The notes beneath the pieces are model-generated. The model was not told the DNA's origin, searched no databases, and saw nothing but the letters and a program-made list of their open reading frames with translations. Positions 29,640 to 39,514 of a DNA stretch of 59,354 nt are shown piece by piece. The position numbers were made by a program, and so were the translations under genes. The stretch's first letter is position 1, and every line of letters starts with the position of its first letter. The stretch lies in the IMG/VR virus record IMGVR_UViG_3300020021_000011, positions 1-59,354 of that record. The stretch is one strand, 5' to 3'. This stretch comes from a virus (Duplodnaviria; Caudoviricetes).

Positions 29640-29859
29640 TATTTATAGCATCCTGCATACGATCTGGTAATTCTTTAATGATTCGCACTATGGCCAACTT
29701 CCCCTGACTGCGGAGCAGTTCCAACTCCGATGTTGCCACCTCCACTTCCCATAGTATCTCCAGGGTTAAATTGTCCACTAGGATTTTCAGAGCTGCTTGA
29801 ACCTCCGGCTTGAGGAGAGGACTGAGTTTGTTGGCTAGGATTCTGTCCATTTTGACCAT
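29629..29859 (-). CDS. Small protein downstream of (and overlapping) the portal gene
   Basis: ELLRSQGKLAIVRIIKEL motif typical of the post-portal gene. Confidence 0.7.
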   Translation of the reverse strand: MVKMDRILANKLSPLLKPEVQAALKILVDNLTLEILWEVEVATSELELLRSQGKLAIVRIIKELPDRMQDAINNGD

Positions 29860-31939
29860 TGGCGGCTCCTATAATATCTGCATATAATTTAGCAGTTGCT
29901 GGATCATTTATAATATCTTTAGGTTTAAGTCCAAGCGCTCTAACTAAATCAGTTAATACACCATCAAATTTAACAAATGGCGCTACATTAGGATTAGAAG
30001 CTACCTGAAGTAATGATAGAAGTCTCTGTGATTGCACTTCTTTCTGCATTAAGGCTTGAGTACCTTTAGCAACAATCTTTATATTACCACGTATTTCTGG
30101 TTTATCATCATTAAACTGCATATTCCAGTAGAAATAAGCTTTACCTAATGGTTCAATGATGAAATAATCAAAATTCTTAATTACAGTTTTAATATTTAAG
30201 TTAGCAGCCGACATAAGCATAGACATACCAGCGGCAGTACGACTAGTTCCAGTAACACCAGACTGACCATAAGAATAACTAGGTTGTCCAGCTTCTTCAT
30301 CAGCAATTTGACGTGCTTTATCATAAAATTGTACATGAGACTGTGCTGTATTAGGAATTGTTATACCGTACACACTTTGACCAGGTGCACCGCCTTGTTT
30401 ACGGAATATCTTACCTGGATAAAGAGTCATATCCTGTCCTGGAACAAGTTGATTCTCGTTAACTTCAAATATACAATTACCAGCAAATCTAAGATTATCA
30501 ATAGCCATACGCCAGTGACCATTCATAAGGTCTTGAGCATCACGGATATTCTCAGATAATCCTATACCCCATATTTGATAAGGGTGTTCTTCATACGGAA
30601 CTATATAGTATGGTAATCTATTAGGAGTAAATGGATTAAGAGCTACTCGTAATACTTCACCTTCAGCTACCCATACATTAACCTGTATCTGATCTTCCAT
30701 TTTAAGTAAAGTATCTTCATCAGCTATATCTAAGCCCCTGATCATTTCTTTATCAAGGAAACCCCAATATTCAAATACTTCATATCTACGATCATCAATA
30801 GTAGCTAAAGTCTGGTCACGTATTATGTTCTCCCAGAATTTACGTTCATGTCTGGCACCTTTACGTATAAGTCTATCTATAGCATCATGATCAAATAACT
30901 TCTGTTTCTTGAGTCCTCTAACAAGAGTTTCAGACATTAAATGTCGTTCAATAACATACGAAGCTTCAAATATATTCCTAGCATTAGGGTCTGGGTACAG
31001 AGACCACACAGATGCCCAGCTAACTCTTGGAGCTAACTTCTTCTCTGGATTATATGTTATCTTACCACTATCATCTCTATCCCACTTATGAATAGTATCT
31101 TCAATGGTAAATGGGCCTTTCATAGCTCCAGTACCAAAGATAACACACTCAAGTATAGCATTATTGAGGTGCCTATCTGCGTGTCCCTCAGTTAATTGAT
31201 CTTTAACTAGATCTTCAAGTGCTGAAGCAGCTAATTTAGCAGGATGTATTTCAGGAAACATCTTCTCATTAGGAGATGGACCATCTTGTACCTTCTTACC
31301 CTGAAGTAAGTTAGAGAATTTCTGTTGTAGTCCACCTAATAGAGTTTTCTGTGTAGCTCCAGGAGGTATTTGTTTATTATCACCAGCATAACCTATAATA
31401 TCAGCTGGATTAATATCTGGCATACTAGCAGGAGTTATAGTTACAGTATCCGCTATACCTTCTGGTTGATTTTCAGGTTCATAAGATATAGGGAAGTCAT
31501 CTTCTCCCCATAGTATTTCTCTTAATTGTCCATAAGCAGCTACATTCTTAGCTTTAGTAATCTTTACAAATGCTTCTGATGCTTGTGGATTACGTTCCTG
31601 TAACTTAGCAATCTTCTGGCGTTCAGCAGGAGAATATTCGCCACGATGCTGATAATATGATTTAATCCAGATATCTTCTGTAACACGTCTAGCAGTTTCA
31701 GCAAACTTGAATCTCTGGTTTACAAGAGCATAAATACCAGATAGATTCTTCTGTTTACCTACATCTGCTTCAGACATATTAAACATATTGGTTGCAGCAT
31801 CATTATCAGTTTTACCAACGCCAGCATCTTCAGGTTGCCCATTACCAGAATCTGTGAAACTAGATAAAGCTTTAGAAGCCTGGTTTAATCCAGCCTCTAA
31901 TCCTACACCCATTATATTACTATTACCAGAAATCGCCAC
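29675..31939 (-). CDS. Portal protein
   Basis: FVKITK, FGTGAMKGPF, YPDPNA, IERH, EYWG, NPFTPNRLPY, YPGKIFRKQGG, RTAAGMSML. Confidence 0.93.
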   Translation of the reverse strand: MAISGNSNIMGVGLEAGLNQASKALSSFTDSGNGQPEDAGVGKTDNDAATNMFNMSEADVGKQKNLSGIYALVNQRFKFAETARRVTEDIWIKSYYQHRGEYSPAERQKIAKLQERNPQASEAFVKITKAKNVAAYGQLREILWGEDDFPISYEPENQPEGIADTVTITPASMPDINPADIIGYAGDNKQIPPGATQKTLLGGLQQKFSNLLQGKKVQDGPSPNEKMFPEIHPAKLAASALEDLVKDQLTEGHADRHLNNAILECVIFGTGAMKGPFTIEDTIHKWDRDDSGKITYNPEKKLAPRVSWASVWSLYPDPNARNIFEASYVIERHLMSETLVRGLKKQKLFDHDAIDRLIRKGARHERKFWENIIRDQTLATIDDRRYEVFEYWGFLDKEMIRGLDIADEDTLLKMEDQIQVNVWVAEGEVLRVALNPFTPNRLPYYIVPYEEHPYQIWGIGLSENIRDAQDLMNGHWRMAIDNLRFAGNCIFEVNENQLVPGQDMTLYPGKIFRKQGGAPGQSVYGITIPNTAQSHVQFYDKARQIADEEAGQPSYSYGQSGVTGTSRTAAGMSMLMSAANLNIKTVIKNFDYFIIEPLGKAYFYWNMQFNDDKPEIRGNIKIVAKGTQALMQKEVQSQRLLSLLQVASNPNVAPFVKFDGVLTDLVRALGLKPKDIINDPATAKLYADIIGAANGQNGQNPSQQTQSSPQAGGSSSSENPSGQFNPGDTMGSGGGNIGVGTAPQSGEVGHSANH

Positions 31940-31946
31940 TTATAAC

Positions 31947-32102
31947 CTATTTCTTTTTATATTTAAGAATAGCTTTATCTACCTTCGTATCCTTCTTAGA
32001 ACCTTCTTTAAATCCAGTAGCTTTATCAACTACTTTATCTAGTTTAGAAGATTCAAACTTCTTCATGCCGTCCATCTTATCTTTCGATTTCTTAGCTTTC
32101 AT
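31947..32102 (-). CDS. Small Lys-rich protein (51 aa)
   Basis: MKAKKSKDKMDGMKKFESSK...; AGGA upstream. Not in the ORF track. Confidence 0.55.
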   Translation of the reverse strand: MKAKKSKDKMDGMKKFESSKLDKVVDKATGFKEGSKKDTKVDKAILKYKKK

Positions 32103-32104
32103 GA

Positions 32105-32620
32105 TTATTTATTCCTACTAGTAAAGATATTCGTACTAATCTTAACATTATCTGATGTTGGGTTCTTTCCTTGTCCACTTATTGGTAGGCTGCGCTTACC
32201 TTGATAATTAGCACCTTCATTACGCTCCTTTGATGCTTCATCTTTTTCAATGTTACCATTTACTTTCTTATCTTTATCCTTAGCTGCGAATCCACCAGAT
32301 CCGAATACACCATCATTACCCCCTCCTGGCATACCTTCAGCAGTAAATGAATAATCAACTCCAGCCCATACAGACTTATCTACGGAGTTATAATCTTTCT
32401 TACCAGCACCAACTGTATTACCAGTATATTCTATATTACCAAAGATTGATTCATCTTCAATACCCCCAGTAATTTCACCTTTACCTTTTTTAGGAGCAAA
32501 GTCATCGGCCCCCACTTTATTAGGTGTAGATCTTACTGCTGGGCCAAATGTATTATCAGACTCACCATCATTATTGAATCCCCATTTACTATCATTAGGA
32601 GTTCCTTTTGTATCTTTCAT
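32105..32620 (-). CDS. Hypothetical protein between terminase and portal
   Basis: 171-aa Gly/Asp/Lys-rich ORF with AAGGA SD. Confidence 0.7.
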   Translation of the reverse strand: MKDTKGTPNDSKWGFNNDGESDNTFGPAVRSTPNKVGADDFAPKKGKGEITGGIEDESIFGNIEYTGNTVGAGKKDYNSVDKSVWAGVDYSFTAEGMPGGGNDGVFGSGGFAAKDKDKKVNGNIEKDEASKERNEGANYQGKRSLPISGQGKNPTSDNVKISTNIFTSRNK

Positions 32621-32647
32621 TTACTTATTCCTTTAAATTAATTTTAT

Positions 32648-34315
32648 TTAATACCCGAATGATTCACTTACTACTACGTTATTAGTTCCATACCCACCAT
32701 TATCTGCTCTCCATAAATAATCATTAGCTACCTTAGGTCTAGTCATAATAGCATATCTTAAAGCATCATAAGCATGATCCTGAACATCAGTATTAACGTC
32801 TTCAGGATTTCTATCATCTACAGGAAGAGATGATAACTCACTTATAATCTCTTTACAAGTATCAAATACAAATAGTCTAGGTCTTTGTGTATATTTATCT
32901 TTAGCTAGATATTCATGAATTTGCATTTTACCAGCCACACGAGACCCGGCACTAGAATCTGACATTCTCCAATAGCACCCAACATTATGCATTTCTTCTG
33001 CAACAGAAGGGCCATCTTGCCCTCTTTTAGCCCAGGTAGAACAGTCCAGTACCCCGTATCTAACGCGTTCTCCAGCTTCCATCTCAAGTACTTTTTTACC
33101 GAATTGAGAGGCTACTAATTTCTCTTTAGCTTTATTACCATTCTCTACCATTTCTCTATAAACATAGAGATTATTATCATAATCTACTGCTACCCATACA
33201 CAAACAGCTAAACTTGAGTATCCCCAATCACAGCCCCTAAATCTAAGCCAGTTATTAGGAATCTTAAATGGTTGGACAACATGAGTTTTCTTATTGAACT
33301 CTGAGAATGCTGCACCGGAGGCTGTATCCCAATCGCCATAACGCCATTGTTTCTTTAGAGTTTCATTCTCTATAGCTTCTAAAGATACAATATAATCTGG
33401 ATCATTCTTCATAAGGATAGAGTTATCTTCTACCGTACTATGTATCCATTTACGAGTGATAGTTCTTTCAACTCCATTTACTATATACTTTAGAGTAATA
33501 CGAGTATTAGACTCACCTCTATCTACAAATCGTTCTTTAACCCACCTATGTCCTGGGCCACCGGGATTTCCAGTAAAACGTAACTGGCGTTTAAGAGTAG
33601 GATCTGTAGTACGCAATGATTGTTTTAAGGTTTCTAGTATGTAGTCTGAATCATACTGGGTTAACTCATCAACCCCTAGCCATACATATTCCTGGCCTAT
33701 ATATTGATCTAAATCTTGTTCTGTATCACAGTACCCGAATTCTATAGTAGCACCTGAAGGAAATACGAACATCTTCTCCTGTTCTTTCCATCTAGTACCA
33801 GGTATTGCCTGTAAGTAAATCTTTCTTGCTCTTGACATTAATTCTCGTAGGCGTTTCATTGTCTTACGTATAATTAAGCCTTTAAAATTACCATTATTAA
33901 CGTATCTTAGTGGGTCAGCTATAAGAGCATCTGACTTACCACTACCTCTACTACCAGCGAAGAATACTTCTTCTTCAGAGGCCTCAAGGAATGCTATTTG
34001 TGGCTTATTATTAGGATCAGGCTGCCATATAATCTTTCTTGGCTGTACTGGTTCCTGAATTTCTTCAATCTTAACAGGTACTTCTACTTTAACTTCTTTT
34101 ATTACTTCTACAATTCTATCTACAAAGATTTGCTGTGGAACTATAACTTCTTTTATTACTTCTATAGTTTTAATCTTTTTAGCTTTAGCCTGCTCTCGTT
34201 TGAGCTTCTTCTTTTCCTGAAGTAATTTCTGTCTCTCCTGAGACTGTATCTTTGACCGGCTTATAGGTGGAGAAATCAGTTGGGGTTTTGTAGATTCTGT
34301 GTCTTTCGTTATCAT
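32648..34315 (-). CDS. terL: Terminase large subunit
   Basis: Walker A AGSRGSGKS, Walker B LGVDEL, TGNPGGPGHRWVK, DWGYS, DHAYDALRY. Confidence 0.96.
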   Translation of the reverse strand: MITKDTESTKPQLISPPISRSKIQSQERQKLLQEKKKLKREQAKAKKIKTIEVIKEVIVPQQIFVDRIVEVIKEVKVEVPVKIEEIQEPVQPRKIIWQPDPNNKPQIAFLEASEEEVFFAGSRGSGKSDALIADPLRYVNNGNFKGLIIRKTMKRLRELMSRARKIYLQAIPGTRWKEQEKMFVFPSGATIEFGYCDTEQDLDQYIGQEYVWLGVDELTQYDSDYILETLKQSLRTTDPTLKRQLRFTGNPGGPGHRWVKERFVDRGESNTRITLKYIVNGVERTITRKWIHSTVEDNSILMKNDPDYIVSLEAIENETLKKQWRYGDWDTASGAAFSEFNKKTHVVQPFKIPNNWLRFRGCDWGYSSLAVCVWVAVDYDNNLYVYREMVENGNKAKEKLVASQFGKKVLEMEAGERVRYGVLDCSTWAKRGQDGPSVAEEMHNVGCYWRMSDSSAGSRVAGKMQIHEYLAKDKYTQRPRLFVFDTCKEIISELSSLPVDDRNPEDVNTDVQDHAYDALRYAIMTRPKVANDYLWRADNGGYGTNNVVVSESFGY

Positions 34316-34652
34316 CGAGCATAATCTCTTTAAATGGGAAACGATTAAGTAATAGTAATCTTAATCCTTCACTAGATATGGTATGACCAGTATTGGCCAC
34401 TAACCATGTTGATACTTCCTTTAAAGAACAATCTTTTAGATATTCACGAGTCTTAAATAATAGTCTTAATGCTTTAATATCAGGGATACACAATTGCTTT
34501 TTTATGTCAAAAGTATATCCCCAAGGAGTAGTATGTCTTATCATTATTACTGGAAGACCAAGTTGTATAGCCTTAAGCCTATCATGATCTGCTATAGAAC
34601 AGAATGATGGTTTAATCTTTCTAACACTGGCTTTAGTATCAACGTAAGACAT
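34185..34652 (-). CDS. Putative DNA-binding protein upstream of terL
   Basis: PWGY...SLKEVSTWL...GHTISSEGL HTH-like pattern. Confidence 0.6.
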   Translation of the reverse strand: MSYVDTKASVRKIKPSFCSIADHDRLKAIQLGLPVIMIRHTTPWGYTFDIKKQLCIPDIKALRLLFKTREYLKDCSLKEVSTWLVANTGHTISSEGLRLLLLNRFPFKEIMLDDNERHRIYKTPTDFSTYKPVKDTVSGETEITSGKEEAQTRAG

Positions 34653-34664
34653 ATTGAAGCTCTT

Positions 34665-35105
34665 TTACAAAGCTATTGGAAGAGTACGGAAGTAAATACG
34701 TAGCTGAATACTAGGAGCACCTGTACCTGTTACTTCAGCAGTTTTAGACTGCGCTACAATGGCTCCATTTACAGGAAGGACAGTAGCAGCTGCATCAGTA
34801 GAAGATGTAATAGCAGTAGTCTGATCTAAAAAGCCAGTAGTAGGTAAAGCAGTAGTTACTATAGCACCAGACCCATTAGTATATTTAAAATCTATACCAG
34901 CATTAGAACCTATTGTATAAGCAGTACCAGCAGCTTTAGTAGCATATATACGTTCTATAATATGTACAAAGCCAGCTGGGGGAGCAGCTATTACAGAAAT
35001 AGGAGTAGCATTAAGAGTTAACATCTGTGCATTAGTCAGAGTTACTTTTACATACTTCTCAATACGACGATTAGTTGATTTTCTATTAGTTCTTGATAGT
35101 GACAT
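34665..35105 (-). CDS. Putative structural beta-sandwich protein
   Basis: VTLTNAQMLTLNATPISVIAAP pattern seen in virion proteins. Confidence 0.55.
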   Translation of the reverse strand: MSLSRTNRKSTNRRIEKYVKVTLTNAQMLTLNATPISVIAAPPAGFVHIIERIYATKAAGTAYTIGSNAGIDFKYTNGSGAIVTTALPTTGFLDQTTAITSSTDAAATVLPVNGAIVAQSKTAEVTGTGAPSIQLRIYFRTLPIAL

Positions 35106-35143
35106 TTATTGATTCCTTAATGATAATGTACCCTACTAACGTA

Positions 35144-35533
35144 CTATTCTAGTTTCTTTGTTGGGAGAATAACAATACCTTTATCAGCTTTAACTTCAAT
35201 TTCCTGAGTTTCTTTTTTACCGAAACCAGCTCTATCTAGTAAACTATTAGCTGCTTTAATAATATTATCTGCCCCTAAAGTAGTAGGCGTTTCTATGACT
35301 TCTTTTAATTTATTAATAGCATCAGAACTATAGAGAGCCATAAATTCTAAGTTCTTCTCAACTATCTCAACTTTTAGAGTTTTTATAATCTGGTAAGCTG
35401 AAGTAGTATTAGAGTATCCCGCAGCTTCTTTAACAGCATTAATTCTAGCTACCATACCAATTGGTAAACCATCTGCATATATTAAGTCCAGGATAGCTTT
35501 TTGTTTATCGTTTAATTGTGTTTTATCAGTCAT
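35144..35533 (-). CDS. terS: Terminase small subunit
   Basis: LNDKQKAIL, AAGYS, AANSLLDRAG, GIVILP. Confidence 0.8.
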   Translation of the reverse strand: MTDKTQLNDKQKAILDLIYADGLPIGMVARINAVKEAAGYSNTTSAYQIIKTLKVEIVEKNLEFMALYSSDAINKLKEVIETPTTLGADNIIKAANSLLDRAGFGKKETQEIEVKADKGIVILPTKKLE

Positions 35534-35542
35534 AATTTAATT

Positions 35543-35585
35543 AGTATACACTATTTTTAAGTATTTGTCAAGTAAAATCTTTACT
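35543..35585 (-). promoter_or_regulatory. Late promoter with palindromic box abutting the -35
   Basis: Minus strand AGTAAAGATTTTAC-TTGACA, 17 nt, TATACT; 20 bp identical to 40092-40111. Confidence 0.75.
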
Positions 35586-35586
35586 T

Positions 35587-36726
35587 TTAATTAAATGTTA
35601 ATGCTTCATAAGAGGCTACTATAGAACCAGAAGAGTTTAGAGTGGCTGTAATAGTAGTAGCATTAGTTTGTGTTATATTAGGTAATATAGTAGCATGAGT
35701 TGTAGTTGCAGCAGTTGCAGTACTATACCCCAACCAATTACACAGGGTTTTAGTAGTATTAGCAGAAGTAATAGTAGCTGTATTAGATGTAGTAGCAGAT
35801 AAGGTTATGCTACCTCTCTGAGCTATCTGTGATAATACACCAGATACAAATTCAACTACAGAGAAGTTAACGACTATAGCAGCATCTCCCTGGGCAACTC
35901 CAGTTGTAGTAGTTACTGTAGTAGCATTAGTAAGAGTTATTCTTTGTTGATCAGTAGCATTTGTTTCATTTAAATTATTATCGCACCCGGCAAAGAATAA
36001 CATACTATTATTAGTAGTAACACTAGTTATAGCTTGTGTACTCGATACAGAATTATTAGTCCATGATTTACTGAATGCCTGTTTTGCCTGATTTAAAGCG
36101 GCTCCCTGAAATTCTATAACTACAAATCCTGCTATAGATGTACCACTTAATGTTCTAACAGTAGAAGTAACAGTAGTTGCATTAGTTAATACAAGAGTAG
36201 GAGTATTATTACCAAAGTTAAATGTGGCTAATGAACTAGTACACCCTAATAAATGTACTACAGCATTATTTGTAGTTACACTAGTTATAGTAGCAGTAGC
36301 ACTTGTACCAGAAGATACCGTAATAGTCCCAAATTGTACAGACTTAACTAAACTGGCAGTGGCATCAACTACAGCACAATTAACTACACATGCCCCGGCT
36401 GTACCAAGTGCTCTGGTAGCAGTAACTGTAGTTCCTGATATTGATACTCTACAGAATGCCTCTGATTGTACAGCAGTTGCACTTGTAGTATTACCTTGAA
36501 ATATTAAAAAGAATGTTCCAACTGCGGCAGTTACAGTAGCAGTAGCTGAAGTAGATAATGCAGGAATAGTAATACTTACCTGTTGTACAGAATTAATATA
36601 AGTAGTACCGCCAGCTACTTTATTCCAGAAGGTATTAGAAAAAGCTACTATAAACCCATCCTCATTCTTCCATATTCTATGGAGAGCAGTCTGTAAGATT
36701 GGTTTTAATATATTCAATATCTTCAT
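35587..36726 (-). CDS. Thr/Ala/Ser-rich repeated beta-domain virion protein
   Basis: Several internal repeats of VQ.gtIT....sAtATItsV...TNATTVT. Confidence 0.6.
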   Translation of the reverse strand: MKILNILKPILQTALHRIWKNEDGFIVAFSNTFWNKVAGGTTYINSVQQVSITIPALSTSATATVTAAVGTFFLIFQGNTTSATAVQSEAFCRVSISGTTVTATRALGTAGACVVNCAVVDATASLVKSVQFGTITVSSGTSATATITSVTTNNAVVHLLGCTSSLATFNFGNNTPTLVLTNATTVTSTVRTLSGTSIAGFVVIEFQGAALNQAKQAFSKSWTNNSVSSTQAITSVTTNNSMLFFAGCDNNLNETNATDQQRITLTNATTVTTTTGVAQGDAAIVVNFSVVEFVSGVLSQIAQRGSITLSATTSNTATITSANTTKTLCNWLGYSTATAATTTHATILPNITQTNATTITATLNSSGSIVASYEALTFN

Positions 36727-36727
36727 A

Positions 36728-39103
36728 TTAACTAAATGCTGCCTGACCTACTGCAAATATTGATGTACCATCTGATAAGAAAGTAATAATATCCACAGCT
36801 GAAGCTGCTGTGCTTAATATGAACTTAGTTCCACCGGCAAACTTATAAGCAGCTCCCCATGTTATAACTCTACTACCAGTACCATCTTGTGTTATAATTA
36901 AAGTATATGTACCGCCATTAACCATATTAGTAGGGTTACTTAATGTGAAGTTCTGTGCCGGGGTTAATGAGGCTGTTTGTTGTGTATTAAGATTCCATGG
37001 TACTGTAGTACCTGGAGTTAAAGCTGAAGTAGCAAAATATTGCTGCCCTGTCCAGGCATTTACATGAGTTAAATCAAGACTTATAGTACCAGTAGTAGTA
37101 ACAGGGCCTCCAGTTAAGCCAGCTCCAGTAGCTACACTTGTAACTGTACCAGTACCACTTATAGTAGTCCATGTTGGTAAAGAACTTGTGCCCTGATATG
37201 TTAATACTTGTCCGGCTGTTGCGCCAACTGTCGATACAGATTGTAAAGCTCCTGTACTTGTAGTACCACCAACAATAGGAGAATAGGCAGTTACAGATGT
37301 ATCTCCAGTACCTCCATGAGCAACATCTAATGTAGTACCATTCCATGTTCCTGAAGTAATAGTACCAACAGAAGTGAGAGATGAAGTTACTACTGTAGAA
37401 TTAAGTGTAGTACCAGTTAAGGTACCAGCTGGGGATATGACAACATTTCCAGAGGCTGCTGTTATTAATCCTTTACCATTAACTGTAAATGAAGGTATAG
37501 AAGTAGATGAACCAAAACTTCCTACATTACCATTTACTGTAGCTAAAGTTAACTGACCAGAAGAAGTAGGTGTATTAACATCCCCACCTTGAAAGGATGG
37601 ATTTGTGCTCCAGGCCGTAGCTCCAGAACTAAGAAATCTAATACTACCACCTACTGGAATAGTGTATGGAGCTGAGGCTGCCATTCCATTTATAGTATTA
37701 GTTCCATTTGGGTATACCAGAAGTGCATTTGCGCCTTGGTTAATGATAACATAGCCCCCGCGACTTGTATTAGTGACTGGCAATAACACGCCAGTTCCAG
37801 AAGGCGTAGATGTAATTGCAAAATACCCCGGCTGTGTTGACGCTGTTAAAACAGTAGCTGTAGCTTGGTTAGTCCCCGCAGCAGATACACTACTCATTGC
37901 TATATAACTTAAATTAAGACTGGAAGCGGCTGTAATTAACCCCTTACCATTGACAGTAATCACGCTCATTGCTGTTCCAGTACCAAATGAACCAACATTG
38001 GCATTTACTGTAGCTAAAGTAAGAACTGCACTACCAGGCCCAGAAGCTGTTCCATCTCCAGTAAGAGCAGTGATATAACTACCAGAAGCTTGATATTGTG
38101 GTATATTAAGTGTATCAGCAGTAAATGTAGCTGCCCCGGAAGTACCAGTAGTAGTAAGTGTAATAGGTACTTGATAATCTGTATCAGCAATAGCAGCACT
38201 TATAGCTGTACCATTCCCCTTAAGTATACCAGTTATAGTAGTAGATAAAGTAATAGCAGGAGTAGTAGTAGCAGTGGCCACAGTACCAGCAAAACCATTA
38301 GCAGTAACTACAGATACTGAACTTACTGTCCCCGATCCCCCACCTCCTGTAGAAGCTATAGTAATAGTAGTAGCAGTATGAGTAATTGTAGTATTAGCAC
38401 CAGCAATAAATGATTTAAGTTCTGCTACTCTTGGTTTAGCATGAGCTATTATACTAGTTCCTGAACCTATGGAAGTAAGTCTGAAACGATTCATACTACC
38501 AGCACCAGTAATAAAATCTTCTCTAAGACTATCTAATTCTTTAGGATTATATGAATCCCCTTTATCTCCCCTGTCACCTTTATCACCCTTTAATCCCTGG
38601 ATACCCTGCTTACCTGGGATTCCTTGTACACCCTGAATACCATTAGCACCAGTTAATCCTACTTCACCTGGTTTACCATCTCGTTCAATTACTGATTGTC
38701 TTACAATAATAACTGATTTATCTGGTAGCTTATATCTATCTGTATTACCAGTGTTATCTTCTGATTCTTTAAGATCTAAAGTACTAATATGTTTCCAGAA
38801 CTTAGTATTAGTAACTGGTTTATCCATATGATTCATTAAGGATTTATAAACTTTACCATTATTACTTACTACATCACCTTTTTGATAAAGCCCTAGCATG
38901 TTATAAGGTTCTATATCAAGATCTTCTATATCTTTATCAGTATCCTGACTAATTGTAGCTACATGCTCAGCTTCTGGCTCCCAGGCATTACTTATACCAG
39001 GTTCTTTACCCCAGGAATTATCCGCAGCTACCCATACTATATCACCATGAGTAACTATAGCATTTTTAGAATATAAATTATTCTTATTCCATTTATCTGT
39101 CAT
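36728..39103 (-). CDS. Fibre/adhesin: two CBM5/12-like modules, collagen segment, Thr/Gly-rich shaft
   Basis: WNKNNLYSKNAIVTHGDIVWVA and YQKGDVVSNNGKVYKS; 14 G-X-Y triplets; duplicated LTLATVN.NVGSFG...TVNGKGLITAAS; QDGTGSRVITW tip. Confidence 0.75.
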   Translation of the reverse strand: MTDKWNKNNLYSKNAIVTHGDIVWVAADNSWGKEPGISNAWEPEAEHVATISQDTDKDIEDLDIEPYNMLGLYQKGDVVSNNGKVYKSLMNHMDKPVTNTKFWKHISTLDLKESEDNTGNTDRYKLPDKSVIIVRQSVIERDGKPGEVGLTGANGIQGVQGIPGKQGIQGLKGDKGDRGDKGDSYNPKELDSLREDFITGAGSMNRFRLTSIGSGTSIIAHAKPRVAELKSFIAGANTTITHTATTITIASTGGGGSGTVSSVSVVTANGFAGTVATATTTPAITLSTTITGILKGNGTAISAAIADTDYQVPITLTTTGTSGAATFTADTLNIPQYQASGSYITALTGDGTASGPGSAVLTLATVNANVGSFGTGTAMSVITVNGKGLITAASSLNLSYIAMSSVSAAGTNQATATVLTASTQPGYFAITSTPSGTGVLLPVTNTSRGGYVIINQGANALLVYPNGTNTINGMAASAPYTIPVGGSIRFLSSGATAWSTNPSFQGGDVNTPTSSGQLTLATVNGNVGSFGSSTSIPSFTVNGKGLITAASGNVVISPAGTLTGTTLNSTVVTSSLTSVGTITSGTWNGTTLDVAHGGTGDTSVTAYSPIVGGTTSTGALQSVSTVGATAGQVLTYQGTSSLPTWTTISGTGTVTSVATGAGLTGGPVTTTGTISLDLTHVNAWTGQQYFATSALTPGTTVPWNLNTQQTASLTPAQNFTLSNPTNMVNGGTYTLIITQDGTGSRVITWGAAYKFAGGTKFILSTAASAVDIITFLSDGTSIFAVGQAAFS

Positions 39104-39106
39104 TAT

Positions 39107-39445
39107 TTAACTATATAGTATATTTACAGTAATAGCAGTTCCCTGAGCAGTACTTCCTAAAGCAGTAGTAGTCGCAGCTATCTTAATTGAATTAGTAGTT
39201 ATAAATGGGCTACTACCAAATACTATATTAATACTCTGAGCAGCTGGTATACCTATTGATAATTTAGGAACTGTACTGCCAACTGTTACAGAAGCTGAAT
39301 CAAATATCTGTAAGTAAGTAACTGAAGCATTAGGATTATATGCTGTTATAGTATATATAGAACCTCTAGTACTTTTTACAGTAGCAGCTACAGCTAACAT
39401 AGCAGCATTAAGGTATGGTGTAGTAGTAATCTTATATAGAGCCAT
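39107..39445 (-). CDS. Putative structural protein, first gene of the late block
   Basis: YNPNASVTYLQIFD...VTVGSTVP beta-rich pattern. Confidence 0.6.
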   Translation of the reverse strand: MALYKITTTPYLNAAMLAVAATVKSTRGSIYTITAYNPNASVTYLQIFDSASVTVGSTVPKLSIGIPAAQSINIVFGSSPFITTNSIKIAATTTALGSTAQGTAITVNILYS

Positions 39446-39514
39446 TATTAATCTTTCTTTATTATATTTTTACTGAACACATTTATAAACAGTTATATTA
39501 AGTACTTATATATA

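Noticed and set aside
14681-38199. Plus-strand and nested ORFs within the structural block (e.g. 21151, 21901, 29254, 36224)
   Set aside because: Their Val/Pro/Ala-rich translations are the expected antisense of Thr/Gly-rich virion genes.
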